From Paraphysomonas bandaiensis (lineage: Eukaryota > Protista > Chrysophyceae), in the NCBI GenBank assembly GCA_965644295.1, contig CBFFRP010000080.1:392431-456430 (forward strand): 64,000 nt of DNA, given 5' to 3'. The position numbers and the translations under genes are program-made. Positions within the stretch are counted from its first letter, which is position 1; every line of letters begins with the position of its first letter. Positions 14,001-26,352 of this stretch are shown piece by piece. The notes beneath the pieces were generated by a model that worked only from the letters and a program-made list of their open reading frames with translations, did not search any database and was not told where the DNA came from.

Positions 14001-17000
14001 TACATATATTATATACCATATCTCATCTGTATGGAATATAATTGAATATTCGAATTCTAATACGAACCTATTGTATGGGATAGGGATCTGTTTTGATTGT
14101 TGTTCGCGTCGACTGGATGGATGGCTGTTGTGCGTGACGATTAGTTACGGAGTGTGAGATGTGGATACATCATATGAGAAGGTAGAGTAGTTATAATTGA
14201 CAGCATTGGCACGATACAATATTCCTTTACACGGGTATATATTTTATTTATGCATCTGTGTATATTCCGCACCATTTGCCCCTCGATTAGGTTTGTACAT
14301 ACCGTATTGAGGCTTCCTTAATGGTTCAATATAAACCCTTCCCTCTAATCGGCCATCTACCGAGTGGCCTTCGGGCTGCCGAGGGCGGGGGGTTATCTGG
14401 GCGCATCCTCTTGGCTCTCATGCTAGATGATGAATCAGTCTTCCCACATCTATTTATTAGTATATCTACATATATTATATACCATATCTCATCTGTATGG
14501 AATATAATTGAATATTCGAATTCTAATACGAACCTATTGTATGGGATAGGGATCTGTTTTGATTGTTGTTCGCGTCGACTGGATGGATGGCTGTTGTGCG
14601 TGACGATTAGTTACGGAGTGTGAGATGTGGATACATCATATGAGAAGGTAGAGTAGTTATAATTGACAGCATTGGCACGATACAATATTCCTTTACACGG
14701 GTATATATTTTATTTATGCATCTGTGTATATTCCGCACCATTTGCCCCTCGATTAGGTTTGTACATACCGTATTGAGGCTTCCTTAATGGTTCAATATAA
14801 ACCCTTCCCTCTAATCGGCCATCTACCGAGTGGCCTTCGGGCTGCCGAGGGCGGGGGGTTATCTGGGCGCATCCTCTTGGCTCTCATGCTAGATGATGAA
14901 TCAGTCTTCCCACATCTATTTATTAGTATATCTACATATATTATATACCATATCTCATCTGTATGGAATATAATTGAATATTCGAATTCTAATACGAACC
15001 TATTGTATGGGATAGGGATCTGTTTTGATTGTTGTTCGCGTCGACTGAATGGATGGCTGTTGTGCGTGGCGATTAGTTACGGAGTGTGAGATGTGGATAC
15101 ATCATATGAGAAGGTAGAGTAGTTATAATTGACAGCATTGGCACGATACAATATTCCTTTACACGAGTATATATTTTATTTATGCATCTGTGTATATTCC
15201 GCACCATTTGCCCCTCGATTAGGTTTGTACATACCGTATTGAGGCTTCCTTAATGGTTCAATATAAACCCTTCCCTCTAATCGGCCATCTACCGAGTGGC
15301 CTTCGGGCTGCCGAGGGCGGGGGGTTATCTGGGCGCATCCTCTTGGCTCTCATGCTAGATGATGAATCAGTCTTCCCACATCTATTTATTAGTATATCTA
15401 CATATATTATATACCATATCTCATCTGTATGGAATATAATTGAATATTCGAATTCTAATACGAACCTATTGTATGGGATAGGGATCTGTTTTGATTGTTG
15501 TTCGCGTCGACTGAATGGATGGCTGTTGTGCGTGACGATTAGTTACGGAGTGTGAGATGTGGATACATCATATGAGAAGGTAGAGTAGTTATAATTGACA
15601 GCATTGGCACGATACAATATTCCTTTACACGAGTATATATTTTATTTATGCATCTGTGTATATTCCGCACCATTTGCCCCTCGATTAGGTTTGTACATAC
15701 CGTATTGAGGCTTCCTTAATGGTTCAATATAAACCCTTCCCTCTAATCGGCCATCTACCGAGTGGCCTTCGGGCTGCCGAGGGCGGGGGGGTTATCTGGG
15801 CGCATCCTCTTGGCTCTCATGCTAGATGATGAATCAGTCTTCCCACATCTATTTATTAGTATATCTACATATATTATATACCATATCTCATCTGTATGGA
15901 ATATAATTGAATATTCGAATTCTAATACGAACCTATTGTATGGGATAGGGATCTGTTTTGATTGTTGTTCGCGTCGACTGGATGGATGGCTGTTGTGCGT
16001 GACGATTAGTTACGGAGTGTGAGATGTGGATACATCATATGAGAAGGTAGAGTAGTTATAATTGACAGCATTGGCACGATACAATATTCCTTTACACGGG
16101 TATATATTTTATTTATGCATCTGTGTATATTCCGCACCATTTGCCCCTCGATTAGGTTTGTACATACCGTATTGAGGCTTCCTTAATGGTTCAATATAAA
16201 CCCTTCCCTCTAATCGGCCATCTACCGAGTGGCCTTCGGGCTGCCGAGGGCGGGGGGGTTATCTGGGCGCATCCTCTTGGCTCTCATGCTAGATGATGAA
16301 TCAGTCTTCCCACATCTATTTATTAGTATATCTACATATATTATATACCATATCTCATCTGTATGGAATATAATTGAATATTCGAATTCTAATACGAACC
16401 TATTGTATGGGATAGGGATCTGTTTTGATTGTTGTTCGCGTCGACTGAATGGATGGCTGTTGTGCGTGGCGATTAGTTACGGAGTGTGAGATGTGGATAC
16501 ATCATATGAGAAGGTAGAGTAGTTATAATTGACAGCATTGGCACGATACAATATTCCTTTACACGAGTATATATTTTATTTATGCATCTGTGTATATTCC
16601 GCACCATTTGCCCCTCGATTAGGTTTGTACATACCGTATTGAGGCTTCCTTAATGGTTCAATATAAACCCTTCCCTCTAATCGGCCATCTACCGAGTGGC
16701 CTTCGGGCTGCCGAGGGCGGGGGGTTATCTGGGCGCATCCTCTTGGCTCTCATGCTAGATGATGAATCAGTCTTCCCACATCTATTTATTAGTATATCTA
16801 CATATATTATATACCATATCTCATCTGTATGGAATATAATTGAATATTCGAATTCTAATACGAACCTATTGTATGGGATAGGGATCTGTTTTGATTGTTG
16901 TTCGCGTCGACTGAATGGATGGCTGTTGTGCGTGGCGATTAGTTACGGAGTGTGAGATGTGGATACATCATATGAGAAGGTAGAGTAGTTATAATTGACA

Positions 17001-17863
17001 GCATTGGCACGATACAATATTCCTTTACACGAGTATATATTTTATTTATGCATCTGTGTATATTCCGCACCATTTGCCCCTCGATTAGGTTTGTACATAC
17101 CGTATTGAGGCTTCCTTAATGGTTCAATATAAACCCTTCCCTCTAATCGGCCATCTACCGAGTGGCCTTCGGGCTGCCGAGGGCGGGGGGGTTATCTGGG
17201 CGCATCCTCTTGGCTCTCATGCTAGATGATGAATCAGTCTTCCCACATCTATTTATTAGTATATCTACATATATTATATACCATATCTCATCTGTATGGA
17301 ATATAATTGAATATTCGAATTCTAATACGATCCTATTGTATGGGATAGGGATCTGTTTTGATTGTTGTTCGCGTCGATTGGATGGATGGCTGTTGTGCGT
17401 GACGATTAGTTACGGAGTGTGAGATGTGGATACATCATATGAGAAGGTAGAGTAGTTATAATTGACAGCATTGGCACGATACAATATTCCTTTACACGGG
17501 TATATATTTTATTTATGCATCTGTGTATATTCCGCACCATTTGCCCCTCGATTAGGTTTGTACATACCGTATTGAGGCTTCCTTAATGGTTCAATATAAA
17601 CCCTTCCCTCTAATCGGCCATCTACCGAGTGGCCTTCGGGCTGCCGAGGGCGGGGGGGTTATCTGGGCGCATCCTCTTGGCTCTCATGCTAGATGATGAA
17701 TCAGTCTTCCCACATCTACATATATTATATACCATATCTCATCTGTATGGAATATAATTGAATATTCGGATTCTAATACGAACCTATTGTATGGGATAGG
17801 GATCTGTTTTGATTGTTGTTCGCGTCGGTTGGATGGATGGCTGTTGTGCGTGGCGATTAGTTA
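8097..17863. repeat. Tandem array of 21 units of 466/467 bp (four consecutive units 422/423 bp) plus a terminal ~160-bp partial unit
   Basis: Landmark atggttcaatataaac occurs at 8430, 8897, 9320, 9742, 10165, 10588, 11055 ... 17119, 17586. The short units lack 44 bp lying between tgtatgg direct repeats. Otherwise units differ by only a few SNPs and G6/G7 run length. Confidence 0.98.
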
Positions 17864-18653
17864 TGAACTATCTCTTTGTTTAGTTAAGGACTATTCTAAT
17901 TACTGGTTTTTACATGTGTGTAATTCAATGGTCATATGTAGAGTGAAACCGGAATATATTTTTGCCTTATTACTAGTCCGAATATTTTATGATGCAACCG
18001 CTTTACATAGAATGTTATAAACTTACAAAATGATTACTATCTTAAAGGAAGAAAAGTTAACTCAGGTATTTTTAATTGTGACAACCATAATTGATCGCTA
18101 ACTGCAATCTTTCGACCTTGATTAGTTACATGTCAAGTAAGCAATCCTTTACCAACACAGACACGACTTTTCACATTCTAAAGCACTATTTAAGCTGCAG
18201 GGTGCGATATTCTGCCGTATCACAACTAATTAATGGTCATAAAATGAAAGCCTCTAAGTTATATCATTTCATAGGGGGAATAAAAATACTTATAGCTGGA
18301 TAAGCACCTGCAATATATTGTATATTGCGGCAACACTCCTGATGTATTATTACAATAAAATAAGTCACTTTTACAAACTATTCTTCCAGGAAAATGTTTC
18401 GATGTTTATAAAGTTATTTTCAAGTTCAACATATCCTTAAAATTTCCAATTCAAACGGCTTAAATTTATTTAAAATGATTACATATATTAAACTTGTGAG
18501 ATATAAAGAATTTACATAAACGCCCACTACGTCACTAACATCTCACTGCGCAGCACTGCAAAGCTGTAACAACACATCCAAGCCACACAAACATATCCTA
18601 TTTGTACCAAACATATAATGATTATGTAGTAATATAAAAGACAAACATACAGA

Positions 18654-19157
18654 TCATCTACTACTAATGTGTTTGATTCCATTTCTCAGAAAACCCAAAC
18701 TTTTAAAATTCAAATTGCTCGGTAGCATCTCAGTTCTTGACTTCGTATCATGACTGTTTGGTACGACACATAAAGTGTAAGCACGAATGTTCTTGATATC
18801 TATACTGTTCCATTGCAAAGATGGTTGATACAGATACATTCGTATAGGGGCCCCATCACTGTAGTTACTGGAGAACATAGAGGCATATACGGTGAAGCTA
18901 TCCAGCCCTCCCTCTCCAGCAGAGTGACTCTTCATAAGGATAAAGTTAGAGAGAATCGGCTCCTCTTTACCACTTGGAGACATCTGTGTGAGAGTTATGC
19001 TGGATACGAAATAGTTCTGGAAGGATATCGCATGCAGAGGGAGCTTCTGATCGCCACTCAACAGACTGATCTCTATATAGCTCAACACAGGACGAGTTGC
19101 GTCCCGACGACCGATCACAGGGCTGCTGAATATAGGGAGCTCTTTGCAAGATTTCAT
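18654..19157 (-). CDS. NICN1: Nicolin-1-like protein (tubulin polyglutamylase complex subunit)
   Basis: Motifs LHAISFQNYFVSSITL, FILMKSHSAGEGG and IRMYLYQPSLQWNSIDIKNIRAY parallel nicolin-1 (ITFKNYYTAFLS / LMPDPHSEEGA / LRLILRQPSPLW). Likely start ATG at 19157. Confidence 0.7.
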   Translation of the reverse strand: MKSCKELPIFSSPVIGRRDATRPVLSYIEISLLSGDQKLPLHAISFQNYFVSSITLTQMSPSGKEEPILSNFILMKSHSAGEGGLDSFTVYASMFSSNYSDGAPIRMYLYQPSLQWNSIDIKNIRAYTLCVVPNSHDTKSRTEMLPSNLNFKSLGFLRNGIKHISSR

Positions 19158-19259
19158 GATGCAGATATGACCAGATTTGAGGAACAACAATCGTACCTCT
19201 CCAGACCCTCCACACCTCCACACCCACCTACAGAGTCCACAGTACACACCTAACTACGA

Positions 19260-20006
19260 TCGTACCTACCTACTTACCTACCTACCTACCTACCTACCTA
19301 CATACATACATACATACATACATACATACATACGTACATACATACATACATACATACATACATACATACATACATACATACATACATACATACATACACA
19401 CATACATACATACATACATACATACATACATACATACATACATACATACATACATACATACATACATACATACATACATACATACATACATACATACATA
19501 CATACATACATACATACATACATACATACATACATACATACATACATACATACATACATACATACATACATACATACATACATACATACATACATACAAA
19601 CATACATACATACATCCATACGTACATACATACATACATACATACATACATACGTACATACATACATACATACATACATACATACGTACATACATACATA
19701 CATACATACATACATACATACATACATACATACATACATACATACGTACATACATACATACATACATACATACGTACATACATACATACATACATACATA
19801 CATACACTGTACATACATACATACATACATACATACATACATACATACATACATACATACATACATACATACATACATACATACATACATACATACATAC
19901 ATACATACATACTTACATACATACATACATACGTATACCTACCTACCTACCTACCTACCTACCTACATACATACATACATACATACATACATACATACAT
20001 ACATAC
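19260..20006. repeat. (TACA)n / (TACC)n microsatellite, ~750 bp
   Basis: Directly visible tetranucleotide run with TACC flanks and occasional TACG variants. Confidence 0.99.
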
Positions 20007-20112
20007 ACGCATGTGTGTGTGTTGGGGTATTTGGATATGTATCATTAGCTTGTTCTGTGTATATGTCTGTGAGGTGGTGTGCAGGTTTTATTCGTATATC
20101 TGAACTATCCTC

Positions 20113-22750
20113 ATGATATCTTCCCGTCCCCTCTCCCGCATATCACCCCTATGTCTTGTGCCTGTCTCTCGCCGCCTGTCCCTCAGCACCTACCCCCCCC
20201 CCTCACTATGCGGTAGATGCTCTTGTGGTAAGGTTGGCTACATCGCTAGTGGTCCCTCATACGTTAACTTCTACTCTCACTCCACTCCTCATCGAGAGGC
20301 CTCTGGATGCGATTATATAGAGGTTAGTGGGTTTAGTCGGAGTAATGTGCGGTGGACGGGGGAGCATGTGGAGTACAGGCCCTGCAGCTCATCTGACCCG
20401 CTCTTCTTCTGTCCTTATGATAAGAAAGAGTTTATTGGTGTTGATGCTACTCGATTGTTGGGAATGGTGGCCTGTAACTTGCGACTGGCGGAGGGTTATA
20501 GTGACAACAAATTACCTGACATGTACCGACCCAACCACCACCTGTTTTATGCGGACCGCGTCGTTGATGTGGAGGACGGATTGCCGAAGTGGGCTACTGT
20601 TCTACATAGTGATATTCTTCCTGAACGGAATACTAAAAACAAAGTTAGTTCTATTCCGAGTGGAATATGTGATGGCAAAGACAACCGACCACTACAGTGG
20701 ATTGGACCAGATCTTGTGCAATCAACAGTTCGTTCTGGGAGTGTTCGAAAAGATGTTCTACCGCTCTCTCCTGTCCGACCTCCTGAACCTACTTTGTACC
20801 ATTTTCCGGATGCCGATTATCCCGTTAATAACACTACTGTCATCCCAGAAGAAGCTATTGTACGGCGGGTAGCTCGCAAGTATCATCCCAGTCCAGGCGT
20901 CTACGTAGCACCTAGTAAGACGAAAAGAGAATCCATAGTCATTGGAGGTGGGCACAACGGACTCATTGCAGCGGCTTATCTGGCTAAAAAGGGGGTTGAT
21001 GTGTGTGTTCTGGAAAGACGGCATTTAGTGGGTATGAAGTTTCCTGAAAGCCTTAAATGCGGCTGAATTATGTATATGCAGGTGGGTGTGCTGTAACGGA
21101 GGAAATTATTCCGGGATTCAAATTTTCCCGTGCATCTTACCTTGCCGGCCTTTTGCGCCCCCAGATTATAGAAGATCTGGAACTGCATCGATATGGATTC
21201 AAGTATCTTCCGAGGAACCCGTCGTCATTTACTCCCACTCTCCCCTCGTCTCCCTATGCTGGAAAGTATCTAATACTGGGGGACAATGCACAAGCCAACT
21301 ACGAATCCATAGCACAATTTTCCAAGCAAGATGCTGAGGCGTATCCTCTCTATGAGGAGTTTTTGGGTCAAGCAAGAGATATTTTGCAACCCCTTTTGGA
21401 CAATCCTTTACCGTGCAACCCACTAGATACAGTGCCTTTCAGAGAAAAGGTTGAGCAGTTATTTTATGATTTTGAATTTCATCCCTAAATCCTTCATGCA
21501 CTTCAGGTTGAATCTATGAAAGTATTATCTCAACTTATTAAAGTCGGATATAAACACAAGGAGGTATTGGTTCCTTTTTACGAGCTATTTACTGGGCCTG
21601 CGCAACATATACTCGACCGGTACCTACGTATTATCCATGTATAAAAATTGATAATGTATACTCTAGATGGTTCGAGAGCGAGATACTGAAGACAACATTA
21701 GCGACAGATGCAGTTGTGGGTGCCCTCGTGTCACTTAAGCAGAATGGTTCGGCATATGTGCTGCTACATCATGTTATGGGTGAGGCAGGAGGGAAAACAG
21801 GTGTTTGGTCATACGTAGAGGGTGGCATGGGTTCTATTAGCAATGCGATTGCAGCATCCGCCCAGAGCCATGGCGCCGATATAGTAACAAATGCAACCGT
21901 GCGCCGTATTTTGTATGATTCACATGGAAAAGTGACTGGTGTTGAGATGGCCGACGGGTCGCAGTTGCATGCTGAGTTTGTGTTGTCGGGCTGTACACCA
22001 TTTCATACGTTTATGGAGCTGTTACCAGGTCTCTCAGCTACATCTGGCTACTCCGAAGCAATCTCTTCTCCTATTCCAAAGGATTTTACACAGCATATTC
22101 GTTTTTCTGACTACTCTTGTGGAGCCTTTAAAATAAATTGTGCCGTTACTGCACTTCCGAATTTTACATGCTACCCCTCTCCTGCGGATGGTTCACCCGG
22201 ACCTATGCACCAAGGTACAGTGCACTTTGAATGCCTCACCGAGGAGATAGAGCATGCTTTTAGAGAGGCGTCAATGGGTATGCCCGCAACGCGCCCCGTT
22301 ATAGAAATGACAATTCCATCTGCAGTAGACTCCACTCTAGCCCCACCAGGCCATCATGTCGTGCAACTATTTGTGCAGTTTGCTCCATACGATGTGGATC
22401 CCAAGATTGGCAGTTGGGCAGACCCGGTGTTCAAGGAGTCCTTTGCGGACAGAGTGTGTGGTATAATTGACGAATTCTGTCCTGGTTTTTCAGCGTCTAT
22501 TATTGGGCGTGATGTTCTCTCTCCTCTAGATCTGGAACGAGTGTTTGGTTTGCAACGGGGACAAATCTGCCATGGCTCACTCTCTTTACATCAACTAGGT
22601 TATGCCCGTCCCATGACAGGATATAGCGATCATAGGACACCATTAAAGGGCCTATATATGTGTTCCGCTGGGACTCACCCAGGTGGAGGTGTAATGGGTG
22701 CTCCCGGAAAGAATTGTGCGCAGATTGTGTTAAGAGATATGGGAAAATGA
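20113..22750 (+). CDS. PYROXD2: PYROXD2 / phytoene-dehydrogenase-like FAD oxidoreductase with N-terminal GFA/CENP-V (Mss4-like) domain; probable mitochondrial presequence; 4 exons
   Basis: [95 protein letters not shown]. N-terminus has GRCSCGKV...PNHHLFYADRVVDVEDGLPKW. Introns at ~21032-21081, ~21450-21506 and ~21620-21667. Confidence 0.9.
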
Positions 22751-23390
22751 AAACGTATATGCTGGATGTGTAATGGTGTAAATAGAATAATGTAGGAAAC
22801 TTATAATTAATATGATATATATTATACTATATTTCTGCAGATTTTGGAATGTCTAAACTTTTCTGTATGCGGAACTGACATACTTATATTTGGGCTTTTT
22901 TGTTGATGTCTATGTTATATGTTACTACGTTTCTACTCCTTCATAGTATTGGCTTATAATTATAATATTAATATATGTATGTAGCATTGGCACTAAATTA
23001 ATGACAACTAACGTAATTCATATAGAAGTATATGGCACTTCATTATACCTAAGTAATATACAGGGATTATCACGTGCGATATTCATCACAGACGGTTATA
23101 ATCCAAACTCTAGAGCATCAAGTCATCCAACTTTAAGCAAAGCTAACAGCATTAATATCACACAAGTTATGAAACCTCGCACTACAGTACGTCAGATTAT
23201 TTTATCAGCATATATTCAGCCACAGCCTTGGCACTCCCAGTAATTTTCCTTGTCCAAAGTACCTTTAGTATAAATCAATCTAGACTAAATACTTTCGCAG
23301 TACGAGTAACTCGCTGGAAGTATGCATTTCACAGCACCAAGAAAATACAACCATCTATCAATGAACAAGCATGCCGACTACGCATATGCT

Positions 23391-23862
23391 TTACAAATGC
23401 TTGTGACTTCCATCGCAATAAGGTACTCCATGTAACTTTTGTTTCGAGTATCTGCAATCATGAGAATCGAGTTAATAGCTAATGGAATCAATTCGGCACG
23501 TACCCACAACCACATACAAATACTGCTTTTTTGTTTTCAACACAACCGAGGTCCAGTTTGAGAGGGCTCTGCTGCCCGTCCTTGTACTTCTTATGGGAGC
23601 CATCACAGAGAGGAAACTTCGCACTCTGACCGCACTGACAGATGAACTTCGCCTTATCAGTTAGCTCCACCTTATAGGGCTTTTTCTTTATGACAGTGAG
23701 GGGTTAGTGGGGGGTAGGAGTAGCATGGCTCATGGAGGGAGGGCAGCACTGTACCTGGAAACACTCGGACCTAATCTCAAATGTTGGAGACAGTTGAGAG
23801 CATCGCCGGGATATCGGAGTGACTGGGTGGGAGCGGGAGAATCGTCTGGCAGCGGTTATCAT
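23391..23862 (-). CDS. CISD3: CDGSH iron-sulfur protein with two CDGSH motifs (CISD3/MiNT type), 3 exons
   Basis: Manual splice gives MITAARRFSRSHPVTPISRRCSQ...CFQ|KKPYKVELTDKAKFICQCGQSAKFPLCDGSHKKY...VFVCGCG|YSKQKLHGVPYCDGSHKHL*. The Arg/Ser-rich N-terminus resembles a presequence. Confidence 0.88.
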
Positions 23863-24243
23863 GGCAGAGGCAGAGCGTGTAGTTGTAGACTATTCTGATG
23901 ATGGCAGTGTTCCAGTTGCGGCATGGATGCTGTGCTGCATATATGCGTACAGAGTGTACAACTGTATACCATAACTATGTGTCTATGATTTAGATATTTT
24001 AGTCAAAAAATCAGTAAAAAAGACAAAAAGGAATAAAAAAATACGACTTTTCAGCCCGTGGTTGTGTGCATGGTATGTCACAAAACCCCTGGTTTTACTG
24101 TACCTAAGTGACAAATATAGCGATATATCGCGAGTCGTTGTGTGCTGTAGGGTCGCCCAGTGCAGTCCATGCATGCATTGAGTCCAACGCTCTTATGAAA
24201 GTGTTAAGCTTCTTTCATATCCTGGTGCCATGTAGTAGAACCT

Positions 24244-25170
24244 ATGGCATTGTTAGGGTCAGAGTTTATTCATGCCTATGCGAAAAGGCTGCATATCCCG
24301 TCGCTGCATTCCATGCCTGCTGATGTGCACACTTTACAGACCATAACTGAGGCACATCTGCAGCACATCCCGTTTGAGAATATAAGCCAGCATGGTGGAG
24401 AGAGAGGAGGAGAGGACTTGACTCTACCGGGATTATACGATAAGATTCTACAACGAGATCGAGGAGGCAACTGCTTTGAGCTCTCTTTGTTGTTGGCACA
24501 CCTCCTTCAGTTGCTTGGATACGATGCATCTCTTCTGTTTTGTCGTGTGTATGCTGGTAAAGAGCGTGGTCGTAAGGGGTTCCCGGGGTTTAGAAAGGAG
24601 CCGGGACATTGCGCTGTTTTAGTTGGTCTGCCGAACAGCCCACACATTCCCCGTCTATTCGTAGATGTCGGGTTTGGAGAGCCCCCTCTTGGCCCTCTAC
24701 GCTATACACTTGATGAAGAGCAAATAACTTCTGAAGGCATGTGCTCACGCATAATATCTCTTGATTGTTGCGCTGAGCATCAACTGGAGTGGTGTATTCA
24801 AGGAACGTGGCTGCCGCGGTTACGTTGGTCAGTCCGTGAGGCGGCTACTGATGCGTCTCCCGTTTCTCGAGAAGCCCTATTAACGGCATCCGCACGCCTC
24901 CGTACACAAGGGTCAACATTTTCACGCAAACTAGTTTGCTGCCGTTTAACACGTCATGATAAACTCACTATATCTGGTTCTCGCCTCAAACGCACTTCTC
25001 CTCGCTTTGGCCCCGCTGCAGAGGTAAAAGTCACCGAGATCCATTTCAGCTGTCTGTCTGAAGTGCGAAACGCTCTAATGGAGCATTTTAACATTCCGTT
25101 ACTTGAGACCGAGAGATTAGATATATGTGCCAGTCGTAATGCACCGCTTACATGGTGGGAACATCTCTAG
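24244..25170 (+). CDS. NAT: Arylamine N-acetyltransferase family protein (intronless)
   Basis: HLQHIPFENI, RGGNCFELS (catalytic Cys), GHC (His) and FVDVGFG (Asp). Confidence 0.92.
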   Translation: MALLGSEFIHAYAKRLHIPSLHSMPADVHTLQTITEAHLQHIPFENISQHGGERGGEDLTLPGLYDKILQRDRGGNCFELSLLLAHLLQLLGYDASLLFCRVYAGKERGRKGFPGFRKEPGHCAVLVGLPNSPHIPRLFVDVGFGEPPLGPLRYTLDEEQITSEGMCSRIISLDCCAEHQLEWCIQGTWLPRLRWSVREAATDASPVSREALLTASARLRTQGSTFSRKLVCCRLTRHDKLTISGSRLKRTSPRFGPAAEVKVTEIHFSCLSEVRNALMEHFNIPLLETERLDICASRNAPLTWWEHL

Positions 25171-25362
25171 ACTGCACAATCATAGTTACATGTTAGAACT
25201 TGACGAAGGGTACTTGTGTGGACAACTATACAGTACCGATCTTCTTAGGTAGATTCTTGCTGGTATGATAAATACCATAATGGGTTAAGTTTAATTGTGA
25301 ATAGATTTTATATGTTGAGACCATTATGTCTGACACAAAAATACAAAGATGTGTGTCATATT

Positions 25363-26352
25363 CAGGGCTGCGTAACAATTAATTGTCTATTAATTGTTAA
25401 TTGACGCAGGTTTTTGTGAATTCTAATTGCAATTAATTGATTCAAAACTACTGCGCATGTAGCTATACATTAGCTGCCAACATAACTTGCTCAACGTTCA
25501 TTTAATCCCAGAGTCCAGGGACGACTGTTGAGTTTTGCTGTTTGAGCAATTAAAAGCTGTAATTCTAAGATATTGGAATTATGACGGTTACTGGAGAATA
25601 CAGTAGTGGTTAGCTGTATTATGAGAATTGATATCATGACGATGTAAGATCGTACTAGAAATGAGTGGTAGTAGAGATAACGTGATATATTGCTTATTAT
25701 ATTTATTATAATCTTCTCTTATCTTAACTTGATTAACGAGTAAATACACGTTCAGTTAACTTAGTAAATCATCCAATTGTGTCATATCTTGACAACGACG
25801 ATTCACACATGCGAACATGAGTCGTGAATGTCTGATTATTAGCAATAGGCGTGTAAGAGTCAGAACTAATGTAGCAAAGCAATTTAACTAACTAATGCTT
25901 AACTCTGAAATCCTACTATTTTTCCCTACAAAAGCTGCTTGTGCGCCACCGAAAGCGCCATGGTCCAACCGCTTTCACTCTCTGTCCTTAAGCCTTAAGG
26001 TGAACTAGCCCGGATGCTTGACTTTAGAAGGCGTCCAAATACCCCGGATGCCTGTATATTCGCCAAGGTTCAAAGGCGTCTACACAAGTGACATTGGTGT
26101 CCCTTGTATCACACAAACATTTGGCTATGAGTGGGCAGAAAAATATCTACTGACTATATTAGTTTACTGGACGAGAAACATCTCCGGTACTTATCCCCCT
26201 GAACCCAGAATTCCACGAAAAGGTGCGAGTCCGACTTTGTTGAGGGTAAAAACATGAGTAGCTCGAAGTGTAGGAGTCATACACTTGAGCAAATCAGTCG
26301 TATCAATCTTAGCTCTACATAACAATTTTCAAGTCAATTGATTGAACACCTG
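25363..26352. mobile_element. Degenerate non-autonomous hAT element hosting a SINE-like insertion
   Basis: Left TIR cagggctgcgtaacaattaattg matches the element at 45473. Decayed right end caattgattgaacacctg. Flanks gtcatatt/gtcatgtt (8-bp TSD, 1 mismatch). Confidence 0.6.
25823..26250 (-). mobile_element. SINE-like non-autonomous retroelement (shares 3' tail with the LINE remnants)
   Basis: Head ctcaacaaagtcggactcgcaccttttcg (minus strand) is shared with the copies near 29468 and 46807. Flanked by the direct repeat aacatgagt. Confidence 0.7.

Noticed and set aside
8097-17863. CRISPR- or guide-RNA-type array
   Set aside because: No variable spacers (units are near-identical throughout) and no Cas, TnpB or Fanzor-like ORF in the window.
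8051-18020. Repeated 65-100 aa ORFs (MAFGLPRAGG.../MVQYKPF...) in the 467-bp array as a gene family
   Set aside because: The frame flips with G6/G7 run length and the 44-bp deletion, many use GTG starts, and no domain is recognisable. They are by-products of the repeat.
19177-20103. YIHT/MYVC-repeat ORFs (also 33110-33728)
   Set aside because: They are translations of the (TACA)n microsatellite.
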